Shown here: positions 20,580 through 30,511 of the stretch, piece after piece | Layout: the number at the start of each line of letters is the position of its first letter | Position numbering within the stretch: the stretch's first letter is position 1 | The notes under the pieces: model-generated | What the model was told of the DNA's origin: nothing | Database searches by the model: none | Seen by the model: the letters and a program-made list of their open reading frames with translations, nothing else | From: Gammaproteobacteria bacterium | GTDB taxonomy: Bacteria; Pseudomonadota; Gammaproteobacteria; Ga0077536 | Length of the DNA stretch: 64,000 nt | Direction of reading: 5' to 3' | NCBI GenBank assembly: GCA_963662545.2 | Contig: CAXXLL010000003.1 | Coordinates: 1,984,001-2,048,000 of the forward strand | Made by a program: the position numbers and the translations under genes

Positions 20580-21443
20580 ATGAGTCTTTCACTGAAAAAC
20601 TTGCACGCCCACTTCGTTGCTGAAGCCGGTCCCATCGACTTGCGGCAGGTCGCCGACGAGGACGCGCTGGCGGAGATCCGTAGCGCATTGGACGAGCATG
20701 CGGTGCTGGTGTTTCACGAGCAGCCGTTCAGCGCGCAGGAACAAATGGCATTCGCACAGCGGCTGGACGGTGAACTTCATACCAAGACCGGCATCAGCGC
20801 GCTCCAGAAGAATCGCTTCGGCACCGAAGCCATTGCCGATATTTCTAATGTCGACGAGAGCGGCGTGATCATCGCACCCGATGACCGCCGGCGGATTTAC
20901 AACCTGGCGAACCGACTGTGGCACACCGACGCTTCTTTCCAGGATCCTGGCGGTCGATATTCCATGCTTTCAGCGAAGCTCATACCGCCGGTTGCCGCCG
21001 ATATGGAATTCGCCGACATGCGCGCTGCTTACGATGCACTCGATGACGAGATGAAGGCGAGATTGGAAGGCTTGAGCGTCCACCATTCAATAGCCTATTC
21101 GCGCGAGATACTCGGTTTCGAGTTCTCAGAAGATGAAACCGCGGCACTCAAGGGCGCATGCCATCCGTTGATCCGCAGTTTGCCGCGCAGCGGCCGAAAG
21201 TCTCTTTACGTGGCTTCCCACGCGACGAAGATCATCGACTGGCCGGTTCCCGAGGGACGCTTGTTGTTGAGGGATCTAATTGAGCACGCCACCCAGCGCG
21301 AATTCGTTTACCGCCACGCATGGCAAGTGGACGATTTCGTGATCTGGGACAACCGGGCCACCATGCATCGAGGGCTCGCCTTTGACGACACGAAGTATCG
21401 TCGTGAACTGCGCCGGGTCACCACTCTCGACATCAACGCTTGA
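20580..21443 (+). CDS. TauD/TfdA family Fe(II)/2-oxoglutarate dioxygenase
   Basis: WHTD, FADMRAAYDAL and WDNRATMH motifs. Confidence 0.95.
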   Translation: MSLSLKNLHAHFVAEAGPIDLRQVADEDALAEIRSALDEHAVLVFHEQPFSAQEQMAFAQRLDGELHTKTGISALQKNRFGTEAIADISNVDESGVIIAPDDRRRIYNLANRLWHTDASFQDPGGRYSMLSAKLIPPVAADMEFADMRAAYDALDDEMKARLEGLSVHHSIAYSREILGFEFSEDETAALKGACHPLIRSLPRSGRKSLYVASHATKIIDWPVPEGRLLLRDLIEHATQREFVYRHAWQVDDFVIWDNRATMHRGLAFDDTKYRRELRRVTTLDINA

Positions 21444-21456
21444 TAGAGTATCCCCA

Positions 21457-22212
21457 ATGGGCAGGTTGACCGACAGACGGGCGTTGATTACCGGCAGCAG
21501 TTCCGGGATCGGTGCAGGGCTTGCGCTTGCATTCGCCGATGAAGGCGCGCGCGTCGCAATCAATTATCCCGACGGCTCTCAGCGCGAAAACGCTTTAGCG
21601 CTGGTCGAAGCCATTGAAGCTCGGGGCGGACGCGCGGACGCGATCATGGCGGACGTTTCCCGCGAGGATCAGGTCGATGAGCTGATCGAACGCACCGTGG
21701 AACAACTGGGCGGCATCGACATTCTCGTCAATAACGCGGGCATTGTGCACACGGCGCCGGTCGAAGAGATCCCGGTCGACGTGTGGGACCGGCTGCTGGC
21801 GGTGCACCTGAGAAGCGTGTTCCTGACGACGCGTCGCGTGCTTCCGCTCATGTACACCCAGGACTCGGGCAGGATCATCAACACTGCGTCACAGCTTGCC
21901 TACAAGGGCGCCCCAGGGCTCACGCATTACACGGCCGCTAAAGGAGCGATCATTTCTTTCACGCGCTCGCTCGCGCTCGAGATCGGTACACGCAATATCA
22001 CCGCCAACTGCGTGGCGCCCGGCGCTACGAACACCCCCATCCTGGACGAAGTCCCCGACGAGCTGCTGGAGATGATCCGGGAATCGATCCCCAAGAAGCG
22101 CATCGCAGAGGTCGATGACATCGTTCCGGCGTACGTGTTCCTCGCATCCGATGAGTCGCGACACTTCCATGGCCAGTGCCTGAGCCCGAACGGGGGCGAT
22201 GTGTTTCTCTGA
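21457..22212 (+). CDS. Short-chain dehydrogenase/reductase
   Basis: TGSSSGIG, NNAG, YTAAK and SPNGG motifs. Confidence 0.93.
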   Translation: MGRLTDRRALITGSSSGIGAGLALAFADEGARVAINYPDGSQRENALALVEAIEARGGRADAIMADVSREDQVDELIERTVEQLGGIDILVNNAGIVHTAPVEEIPVDVWDRLLAVHLRSVFLTTRRVLPLMYTQDSGRIINTASQLAYKGAPGLTHYTAAKGAIISFTRSLALEIGTRNITANCVAPGATNTPILDEVPDELLEMIRESIPKKRIAEVDDIVPAYVFLASDESRHFHGQCLSPNGGDVFL

Positions 22213-22320
22213 ATCGGCGGCCTCGAAATCCGGTATCAATTCGCCCGCAAGCGGGCCCTTCGATCAGAATGACGTGTACCGTTTCGAGCAATAAAACGTG
22301 CTGTCATTCGAAACGCCTAT

Positions 22321-23652
22321 TCAGCCATCGACAACGCCGCACCAGCGCATAGCGGCGACGGCGAGCCCTTTTGTTGCCTGGATCAATTCCTCGACGTCGA
22401 CGTGTTCGTCGACGGAATGGGCTACGAAGACGGAGCCCGGTCCGTAGATTACGCTCGGGATCCCCTGCGCATTGAGCCATGAAGCGTCGCAGACGGCGCA
22501 GAAACCATGAATTCGACCTTCTGATGAACCGACGTGGCCGGGATGCTGGCGGACGGCACTATCCGCCGCGAGCATCGTTTCCACCACCGGATGGTCGACG
22601 TCCGTCTGCGCCGGCGGCCAGTGCAGTTTCCACTCGAAGCTTGGCGGATTGCTTTTGAGCCAGGGGTCGAGCTGCGATGCCGCGAGCACGTACTCCTCAA
22701 TCTCGTGGCGCACCCGTTCCACGCTTTCCTGCGGCGGATACCAGATTGCGTACTCTATGGTGCAGAACTCCGAGAACAGGAAAGGCACCAGGATCCCTTC
22801 CGGTCCCCCCGTGATCACGCCGGGATGGATCGTAAAATGTCCGGGCTTGAACAAGGGGTGCGCTTTGCTCTGGCCCCACTGTTCTTCCAGTCGCTGCAAG
22901 GCCTGCAGCAGTATCACGCCTTTCTCGATGGCATTGACGCCGACTTCCGCGCCGAGTCCCCCGGCACGGACGAGTTCGCAGCGCATCGAACTGTGGCTGG
23001 CCTTGCCGCGCACTGTGAGCGCCATCCACAGGAGTCCCGGGGTAATCGGCACAACGTTAAGGCTGCCTGGCGGTGCGGTGGGCTCGGTCACGATGCCGGC
23101 ATCGGCACGGTGACCGCGGTGGACTACATTGGTCGTGCCGATCTCGTGATCCATCGTCTCCTCGCCGAGTACGCTCTGTAAGAGCAGATCGCCTTCAAGC
23201 TTGATCCCGCAGTCGACGATGGCCTTGGCCGCCCAGAATTGTGCCGTAAGGCCGCCTTTCATATCGCAGGTACCGCGGCCCCAGATGCGTCCTTCCTCGA
23301 TCGCGCCCGAGAGTGGACTGTTGTAGCGCCAACGTTCGGGCTGCGTGATCGGTACCGTGTCGACGTGACCATTCAATGCCAGGGATTGGCCGCCGCCCTG
23401 GCCTTTGAGTGTACCGACCAGATTGTGCCGGCGCGGCGCCGCTTCCCACAGATCGATCTCGCAGCCGATAGATTCGAAAAGCTCCGCCAGACGTTCATTA
23501 CAATCCGTCTCGCCGCCCAGCACTTCGTCGCCGTCGATACCCGGATAATTCGGGTTGACGCTTTGCTTGCGCACGAGTTCCGCGCAGGTCTCCGTGATTT
23601 TTTCCCTGTTCTTTTCTAGATAATCGAGAACTGACTGTTCATGGGTATTCAT
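22321..23652 (-). CDS. ArgE/DapE family M20 deacylase
   Basis: NGHVDTV, GRGTCDMKGG, GEE, EPT and AHSVDE motifs. Confidence 0.92.
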   Translation of the reverse strand: MNTHEQSVLDYLEKNREKITETCAELVRKQSVNPNYPGIDGDEVLGGETDCNERLAELFESIGCEIDLWEAAPRRHNLVGTLKGQGGGQSLALNGHVDTVPITQPERWRYNSPLSGAIEEGRIWGRGTCDMKGGLTAQFWAAKAIVDCGIKLEGDLLLQSVLGEETMDHEIGTTNVVHRGHRADAGIVTEPTAPPGSLNVVPITPGLLWMALTVRGKASHSSMRCELVRAGGLGAEVGVNAIEKGVILLQALQRLEEQWGQSKAHPLFKPGHFTIHPGVITGGPEGILVPFLFSEFCTIEYAIWYPPQESVERVRHEIEEYVLAASQLDPWLKSNPPSFEWKLHWPPAQTDVDHPVVETMLAADSAVRQHPGHVGSSEGRIHGFCAVCDASWLNAQGIPSVIYGPGSVFVAHSVDEHVDVEELIQATKGLAVAAMRWCGVVDG

Positions 23653-23724
23653 TAGATTCTCCTCACCTCGCGGTTCCAGGGGGGTAGGCGCGTCGGTTCG
23701 ACGCTCGCATTATGTGCCTATGGG

Positions 23725-24864
23725 CTAGTCACTCAAAGCTTCCTCGAGGCGTTCGTATGCGCGTAGAAAATCTTCCTGGAATTCCTGCATCACCGATCGT
23801 ACGGATTGTGTTTGATTCATAAGCCCGACGCCCTGTCCGACCCAGTAGGTCGCGAGTTTCCGCGCGCCCTCGTGTCCGCTTTGCGCGAGCTTGTCGACTT
23901 TTTCTAGCGGCGGCGCCGTCAGAAAGGATTGCAGCGGCATCGGCAGCGGCGTCGGGCTGCCCGGCATTTCCCAGGCCTCGGTCCAGGGCGAACTCAGCTG
24001 GCGCGACGGTTTACCGGTGCGGCTGCGCGAGCGCACCGTGTCGCGTGAAGTCGCACGCAACATCTTTTCTTTTACCACGGGGTTTGTTTCAGCTTCGCTC
24101 GTCGTCAGCCAGACCGAGCCCGTCCATGCGCCCGCCGCCCCCATCGCCATTGCGGCTGCCATCTGCCGGCCGGTAACGATACCGCCGGCTGCCAGGACGG
24201 GCGTATTGGCATAGGGTTTAATCGCCTCGACGACTTCGGGTATCAAGACCATCGTCGACACCTCGCCACAATGTCCGCCCGCCTCGCTGCCGGCAGCGAC
24301 GAGGATATCGACGCCGGCCTCGATCTGCCGCAGCGCGTGTTCCTTCGCGCCGACCAGGGCCGCGACCGCTACGCCGTGATGCTTGCCGAGGTCTAGCATG
24401 CTTTTAGGCGGCACACCGAGCGCGTTCGCGATCAACTTGATCGGGTGAGAAAAAGCGACGTCCAGCTGTGCCTTCGCGCCGGATTCCATCATGTTTTTCC
24501 CGATATGGACGATCCCTCGCCGGGCTGCATCCATATCACCGATATCGATGCCATGCCGGCTCAGGATCTGTTCCGTGAACGCCTTGTGCTCGTCCGGTAT
24601 CGCGGCCAGCAAGCGCTCGCCGTCGAACTGCCGGTCCTTGCCTTCGATCTTCTCGGGCACGATCAAATCCACACCGTAAGGCATGCCGTCGACATGCGCG
24701 TCGATCCAGGCAAGCTCTTCTTCCAAGCGTTGCGGCGGCAGGGACACGGCGCCGAACACCCCCATGCCGCCAGCGCGGGAGACCTCGGCGACGACGTCGC
24801 GGCAGTGGCTGAAGGCAAGCAGCGGAAACTCGATACCGAGCAGGTCGCAGATGGGTGATTTCAT
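23725..24864 (-). CDS. Nitronate monooxygenase family flavoprotein
   Basis: AFSHCRDVV, EAGGHCG, LAAGGI and GQGVG motifs. Confidence 0.92.
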   Translation of the reverse strand: MKSPICDLLGIEFPLLAFSHCRDVVAEVSRAGGMGVFGAVSLPPQRLEEELAWIDAHVDGMPYGVDLIVPEKIEGKDRQFDGERLLAAIPDEHKAFTEQILSRHGIDIGDMDAARRGIVHIGKNMMESGAKAQLDVAFSHPIKLIANALGVPPKSMLDLGKHHGVAVAALVGAKEHALRQIEAGVDILVAAGSEAGGHCGEVSTMVLIPEVVEAIKPYANTPVLAAGGIVTGRQMAAAMAMGAAGAWTGSVWLTTSEAETNPVVKEKMLRATSRDTVRSRSRTGKPSRQLSSPWTEAWEMPGSPTPLPMPLQSFLTAPPLEKVDKLAQSGHEGARKLATYWVGQGVGLMNQTQSVRSVMQEFQEDFLRAYERLEEALSD

Positions 24865-25083
24865 GATGCTCTCCAGCCTATCTCGATTTGAGTCGAATGT
24901 TGCCGGGACCGCACGCGGAGCGGGTCATAATCATCTTAAACGACGGTGGGTGTTTGGAAAGCGGCGGTCGTCGCTAACTGTAATCCAGGCGGTCGCTATC
25001 GTCACAAATTATCGATTGCCCGGTACCAGTGAGAAGGAATGCTCGACCGGCCACTGCATTTCAAACGCTCAACGAGAATCGAC

Positions 25084-26238
25084 CTAATCGTCAGCCACAC
25101 CATATTCATTCTCAAGCGAACGCGCGATCACCACGTTCTGGATTTCCGTCGTACCGTCGACGTACTGCGCCATTTTCGCCGCCGCCAGGTGCCGCGCCAG
25201 CGGGTAATCACGCGACAGGCCGGCCGCGCCCATGGTCTGCATGCACTGTGCGATGTGGTCGAAGGCGACGCGCGTGGCGTACTTCTTGGCGTGCGCGGCG
25301 GCGAGCGTCGCGTCTTCACCCGCATCGATCATCGCCGCGGCGGCCTGAGTCAAAAGGCGCGCGGCTTCGAGGTCGGTCGCCGCGTCCGCGAGCATCCACT
25401 GGATCCCCTGGAATGCGCCGATGGCCTGCCCGAACGCGCGGCGCCGGCCCGTATAGGCGACGGCCTCGGCCAGGGATTGTTGCAACATGCCGCAGCACAT
25501 CGCGGCCACGGCGACGCGCGCGAAATCGATGCCCTGCATGGCGGCCCGGAAGGCCAGGCCCGGTGCGATCATGAGATTCGATCCGGGCACGCGGCAATCG
25601 TCGAAATCGATGCCGGTAGTACCGAGGGCGTGACTGCCGAGGAGCGCGTACGGTGCGTGTCGCGTCACGCCCGGAGACTCGGCCTCGATCAGAAAGCACG
25701 CGATCCCCTTGGCGCCCGCTCCCGGCTCGGTCTGTGCGTAGACGCTCAATAGATCCGCGTGCACGCCGTTAGTAATCCAGGCCTTGCGGCCGTTAATGAT
25801 CCAATCGGTTCCGGACTTTTCCGCGCGCGTGGTGATCGCCGATGCATCGCTGCCGACGTCGGGCTCGGTGAGCAGGAAGGCGCCGACGTTTTCGCCGCGC
25901 ATCATTCGCGCGAGCTGTGCCTCGATGAGATGCGCCGGAGCGTTGTTCGCAATGCTGCCCGCGAGGTTGTTGTGCACTAAAAGTGCAAAGGCCGATTCCA
26001 TGGACGTATGCGCCAATGTCTCGGCGACCCGCGTTACAGCCGCGGCCGACAGACCAAGCCCATCGAGCTCGCGCGGTACGACGAGCTTGCACAGACCGAG
26101 TTTCGCGGCATCGGTGAAGAACGAATCGGGTACCCGGCCGGCGGTATCCCAGGCTTCGGCATTGGGTGCCACCGTTTCCGCGCCGAAGCGGGCGGCGGCC
26201 TCGACGATTTCCTGTTCGCTGGCGTCCAAGTCACGCAT
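25084..26238 (-). CDS. Acyl-CoA dehydrogenase
   Basis: LTEPDVGSDA, NGRKAWITN, RRAFG and DGTTEIQ motifs. Confidence 0.93.
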   Translation of the reverse strand: MRDLDASEQEIVEAAARFGAETVAPNAEAWDTAGRVPDSFFTDAAKLGLCKLVVPRELDGLGLSAAAVTRVAETLAHTSMESAFALLVHNNLAGSIANNAPAHLIEAQLARMMRGENVGAFLLTEPDVGSDASAITTRAEKSGTDWIINGRKAWITNGVHADLLSVYAQTEPGAGAKGIACFLIEAESPGVTRHAPYALLGSHALGTTGIDFDDCRVPGSNLMIAPGLAFRAAMQGIDFARVAVAAMCCGMLQQSLAEAVAYTGRRRAFGQAIGAFQGIQWMLADAATDLEAARLLTQAAAAMIDAGEDATLAAAHAKKYATRVAFDHIAQCMQTMGAAGLSRDYPLARHLAAAKMAQYVDGTTEIQNVVIARSLENEYGVADD

Positions 26239-26411
26239 TGGCTGGCTTAATTTGCCCGGATCGTCGGCTAAAAGCTTGTTTGAAAATATCGAACGCGATT
26301 TGCTTCGCAAGCAAGCGGGTTCCTATGGCTGCCTTCTGGCAGGCGTTCGTTTGCGCGCGAATGGTGCTCGAGTGTGCAACCGATATCGTCCTGTGATTCA
26401 AAACGCCCGGT

Positions 26412-26948
26412 TCAAGCCCCGTCACGCTCCATTTGGACGGAGAGACCGGCATTGAAGCGCTTGAAATTTCTAACGTAACGTTCGGCCTGGTTTCTGATCT
26501 CCTGCACTTGTTCTTCGTTCAATTGGCGGACGACCTTGCCCGGTGACCCCACCACCAGGCTGTTGTCCGGGATTTCCTTGCCTTCGGTGATGAGTGCGTT
26601 GGCGCCAATCAGGCAGTTTTTACCGATGCGCGCGCCGTTTAATATCACCGCGTTGATGCCGATCAGGGTGTTGTCACCGACACTGCAGCCATGCACCACC
26701 GCCTTGTGTCCGACGGTGCAGTAATCGCCGATGGTCAGTGGGAATCCGAGGTCGGTGTGCAGGACGCAGCATTCCTGGACGTTCGAGTTCTCGCCGATGG
26801 TAATCAATTCGTTGTCGCCGCGCAGGACCGCGCCGAACCAGACGCCGACGTTGCTTTTGAGGCGTACGAGGCCGATCACGCTCGCGCTGTCCGCGATGAA
26901 ATGATCGCCCTCGGCGGCGACACGCTGATCTTCCAGTTGGTAGATCAC
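26412..26948 (-). CDS. Gamma-carbonic anhydrase family hexapeptide-repeat protein
   Basis: VLRGDNE, NVQ..VLH and VGH...HGC His ligands. Confidence 0.93.
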   Translation of the reverse strand: MIYQLEDQRVAAEGDHFIADSASVIGLVRLKSNVGVWFGAVLRGDNELITIGENSNVQECCVLHTDLGFPLTIGDYCTVGHKAVVHGCSVGDNTLIGINAVILNGARIGKNCLIGANALITEGKEIPDNSLVVGSPGKVVRQLNEEQVQEIRNQAERYVRNFKRFNAGLSVQMERDGA

Positions 26949-27019
26949 CTTGTTTTCTCCGAATCTCCGGGATCGTGCGGTTTTACCGACGATTCGCCCG
27001 CAAGCGGGCTCCTACGCGT

Positions 27020-27724
27020 TCATTCGAGATGAATGTTGACGCGGCGGTTGTGCTTACCTTTCTTTTCGACTTTTCCGATGCGAACCTCGCCGATCTCACC
27101 AGTGCGGGCCACGTGGGTGCCGCCGCAGGGTTGCAGGTCGACCTCGCTGACCTCGACCAGCCGGACCCGGTCTTGCCCCATAGGCGGCTTGACCGACATG
27201 GTGCGGACGAGGTCCATATTATTTTCCATCTCCGCGTCCGTGATCCAGCGGTAAGCGACGGAGCGGTCGTCGGCGATCAACTGTGAGAGCGCCTGTTGTA
27301 CCGCTTCTTTGTCGAGAGGCTCGCTCATATCGAAATCGAGCCGGCCCTTGACCTGGCTGATGGAACCGCCGGTCACATCGTAGGGGATCAGGGCGCAGAG
27401 GAGATGCAGGCAGGTGTGCGTGCGCATGTGCTTGTAGCGATAGTCCCAATCGATGCTCGCCGTCACACGGTCGTCAACGGCGGGCATCGCTTGGCCGGCC
27501 GCGGGGATGTGCAGCAGTTCGCCGGCTTCATTCTTGCGCGTATCGATGATCGTGATCGCATCGTCGTCGCTCAAGGTAATGCTGCCCCGGTCTCCGGGCT
27601 GCCCGCCGCCTTCGGGGTAGAACACCGTCTGGTTGAGCACGATGCCGTCGTCGTTTACCGCCAGGATCTGGGCCTCGGTGGTCCGGGCGTAAGCGTCGTC
27701 GCGGAAGATCTCGATGGTCATCAC
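27020..27724 (-). CDS. Alanyl-tRNA editing protein (AlaX)
   Basis: FYPEGGGQPGD, HTCLH and CGGTH zinc motifs. Confidence 0.93.
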   Translation of the reverse strand: MMTIEIFRDDAYARTTEAQILAVNDDGIVLNQTVFYPEGGGQPGDRGSITLSDDDAITIIDTRKNEAGELLHIPAAGQAMPAVDDRVTASIDWDYRYKHMRTHTCLHLLCALIPYDVTGGSISQVKGRLDFDMSEPLDKEAVQQALSQLIADDRSVAYRWITDAEMENNMDLVRTMSVKPPMGQDRVRLVEVSEVDLQPCGGTHVARTGEIGEVRIGKVEKKGKHNRRVNIHLE

Positions 27725-27730
27725 CTGACC

Positions 27731-29141
27731 CTAGATCGGCGGTCGTGCCTCGTGCCATTCCGTGGCCGCTTCATAGGCCGCCGCCGCGCGGATAATACCG
27801 GCCTCGTCGCCGTGGCGGCCGATGAACTGCATCGCGAGCGGTAAGCCGTCATCCGTGAAGCCGTTAGGCAGGGTGAGGCTCGGGTTGCCGGCGAAGTCGG
27901 TCGGCGCGGCGAACCGGACCAGCGGCGCGATGTCCTCGACCGGTGCGACCTGCTGCGGAGGAAACTCCGACTGCGGCATCGGGGGCGAGGGCGCTGCGGG
28001 GCACACCATGACGTCGATATCGGTCAGCAGTTCGTCGAGCAGCGCGCGGGTCGTCTGGCGCTGTCGCTGCGCGCGAGCATATTCTTCAGCACTCACCTTT
28101 GCGCCGTGGTCGAGTAGCGAGCGGAACACGGGTCCGTAATCGTCGGCGCGCTTGGGGTAGAAATTCTTGTGCCCCAGCAAGGCATCGACACTGCAGGTCG
28201 CCATCCAGTGATCGGCGGCGTCGGCGAGCTCGGGCGAAGTCAGCTCGACGATTTCAGCGCCGAGCTTCGCCATTAGATCGACGGCGGCGAATAGGGCGTC
28301 CGACATCAGGGGATCGGTATCGGTGGTGGAATACGCGCGATCGATTCCAATCCGCATGCCTTTAAATGCCCTTGTCGAGCACCTGTGAGTAATCACAGAA
28401 CGGATCGGTACGCGTCGAGCCGTCGCGCGGATCGCGGCCTTCGAGCACTTGCAGCATGGCGGCGGCGTCGCCGACGGTGCGTGCCATCGGCCCGATGTGA
28501 TCGAGGGTATCGGACAGGGGAAAGACCCCGTAACGGCTTACCTTGCCGAAGGTCGCCTTGATACCGACCACGCCGCAGGCGGCGGATGGAAAGCGGATGG
28601 ATCCGCCGGTATCCGTTCCCAGACTGGCAAAGCAGAGGGAGGCGGCGGTGGCCGCGCCCGAGCCGCTCGAAGACACGCCCGACCAGTAATCGAGGTTCCA
28701 CGGATTGGCGGGTGGCTCGAAATCCGGATGGTAGCCGTAGAGCGCGAACTCGGTCAGATTCAGTTTGCCCAGGATCACCGCGCCGGCCGCGTTCAGGCGC
28801 TCAACCACGGCGGCGTCGTAATCCGGTTTGAAGTCCTTGAGGATCACTGATGCACAGGTGGTCGGAATGCCCCGGGTGTTGACAAGATCCTTGAGGGCAA
28901 TGGGCATGCCGTGCAGCGGACCGCGGTAGGTCCCCTGGATGATCTCCGCTGCGGCGCGCGTGGCCTGTTCCATGGCGAGATCAGTCGTCACCAGGAGATA
29001 GCTATGCAGCTTGCCGTCGATCTCAGCGATTCGAGCGAGCATCGCCTCGGTCAGCTCGACCGGCGATATTTCCTTGTTCTCGATACGTCCGGCGACGTCG
29101 AGGAGGGTGGATGTACAGAGTTCGTTCACCGCCATCATCAT
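27731..29141 (-). pseudogene. Amidase-signature family amidase split by a +1 frameshift at ~28363
   Basis: The N-half has GPLHG..KD, SSSGS and GTDTGGSIR; the C-half has G.PSL...GLP. GGC ATT TAA AGG CAT becomes GIKGM if one T is removed. Confidence 0.85.
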
Positions 29142-29236
29142 GCCCCCTTCATGAATTGAACGCGTGTCCGGAAAAAATTTGGTCGAGCGCCCTCGCGTTC
29201 AAACAGGTGCTAGTGCCCCTTTCAAGTCTGCTGCGG

Positions 29237-29500
29237 TCAGCCCGTCGGTTTCAGACGAAATGTGTAGAAGTAAATATTGGATTTATCGTATACCGTTGGC
29301 TCATAGCGATCATCTTCCGCGAGGTATTGACAGGTTTCGACCGTACCGTCGCGGACCATTCGTTCAAGAATGACTCGCACTTCGCGCGCCGAGGTCTCAA
29401 GCCCCCTTCCGGCGGCACGCGTCACGATTTCCGCGCTCAGGGGTTCGAAACCGATGATGCCTTCGGTGAGCCGCTCCGTGATCCAGTTGGCGATTAGCAT
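29237..29500 (-). CDS. Hypothetical protein (87 aa)
   Basis: Co-oriented ORF between the selenoprotein and amidase genes, with plausible composition. Confidence 0.5.
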   Translation of the reverse strand: MLIANWITERLTEGIIGFEPLSAEIVTRAAGRGLETSAREVRVILERMVRDGTVETCQYLAEDDRYEPTVYDKSNIYFYTFRLKPTG

Positions 29501-29542
29501 ATCGTCTCAAGCCGGCCTGGTTCGTATGCCGGGGCCGATTCC

Positions 29543-29761
29543 TCAGGCACCGGGTAAAGCGTCGATCTCGGCGTCCGTCGGAAATCTGCCGAGGGCTTTC
29601 TTGGAGAATACGAGCTTGCCTTCGAGCGTGATCTCGAACACGCCGTTAGCACCCTTGATCAGGTGAACGTCGTGATCACCGAGCGCGTTGATCCTGTCTC
29701 TCGCACGGAGAGCGTTAGGCTCGTAGTTTCAAACCGCACAATATTCGATTTCGATTTTCAT
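29543..29761 (-). CDS. Rdx family (SelW/SelT/SelH-like) selenoprotein, 72 aa, Sec at codon 11
   Basis: Translates as MKIEIEYCAVUNYEPNALRA...IKGANGVFEITLEGKLVFSKKALGRFP. GGAGG RBS, in-frame TGA at 29729-29731 in a CxxU motif, and a G.FE...SK...RFP family tail. Not in the ORF track. Confidence 0.88.
29690..29722 (-). promoter_or_regulatory. Candidate bacterial SECIS element
   Basis: GAGCCUAACG-CUCUC-CGUGC-GAGAG-ACAGGAUC hairpin. The G-containing apical loop begins 21 nt after the UGA. Confidence 0.65.
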
Positions 29762-30001
29762 GAAGCTTCGCCCTCCGGCGGCCATTGGCTCGTGATTGGA
29801 TCCATGATGCTAGTCCCGGCGGATCAAGTCCACTCCGAATGGCGGATCGATGAACGACACGCCGACGCTTGTTGAACAAACCGGAATTCCCAAGGATGTC
29901 TTGCTTTGCAAGCGGGCGTACCGAGCCACGCTTCTTCCCTTCCCAAGAGGGGTCCCCAGCCGCTATATTTGTCATCTCCGAGTTAACGAGAGTTGAGACC
30001 G

Positions 30002-30466
30002 ATGAATGATTCCGAAAAGCTGCAATGGTTATACGACGTCGAGAAGATCAAGCAACTCAAGCATCGATATTGCGCCTATTGCGACGAGAGCTACGATCCG
30101 GACGGCATCGTATCGCTGTTCGTGGAGGATGGTGTCTGGGATGGTGGACTCTTTGGTTGCTATGAAGGACGCGATGCGATTCACGGATTCTTCAGCGGCG
30201 CATCAAAGCTCATCAGCTTTGCCAATCATTACGTCACCAATCCAGTGATCGAGATCGACGGCGATACGGCGACGGGGAAATGGGACCTCTGGCAGCCGAT
30301 GGTTAGCGAACCGCAATCCCAGGCCTGTTGGCTGATGGCGAAATATCGAGATACCTATGTGAAACACGATAACGGCGAGTGGTTGTTTCAGCGACTCGTC
30401 GTTGACGCCAAGGCGTTGTCACCCTATGAAGAGGGATTCGCGAAGAAGCGGTTCATGGAAACCTAG
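30002..30466 (+). CDS. SnoaL-like / NTF2 family protein
   Basis: IKQLKHRYC..D, LF.EDG.WD, GRDAI, H...NP.I..DGD.ATGKW and Y.D.Y...GEW.F motifs. Confidence 0.88.
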   Translation: MNDSEKLQWLYDVEKIKQLKHRYCAYCDESYDPDGIVSLFVEDGVWDGGLFGCYEGRDAIHGFFSGASKLISFANHYVTNPVIEIDGDTATGKWDLWQPMVSEPQSQACWLMAKYRDTYVKHDNGEWLFQRLVVDAKALSPYEEGFAKKRFMET

Positions 30467-30511
30467 CGCTCGTCGTCGTAGAAGCTCGCTCGCGGGGCAA
30501 GCAAATAAAGT

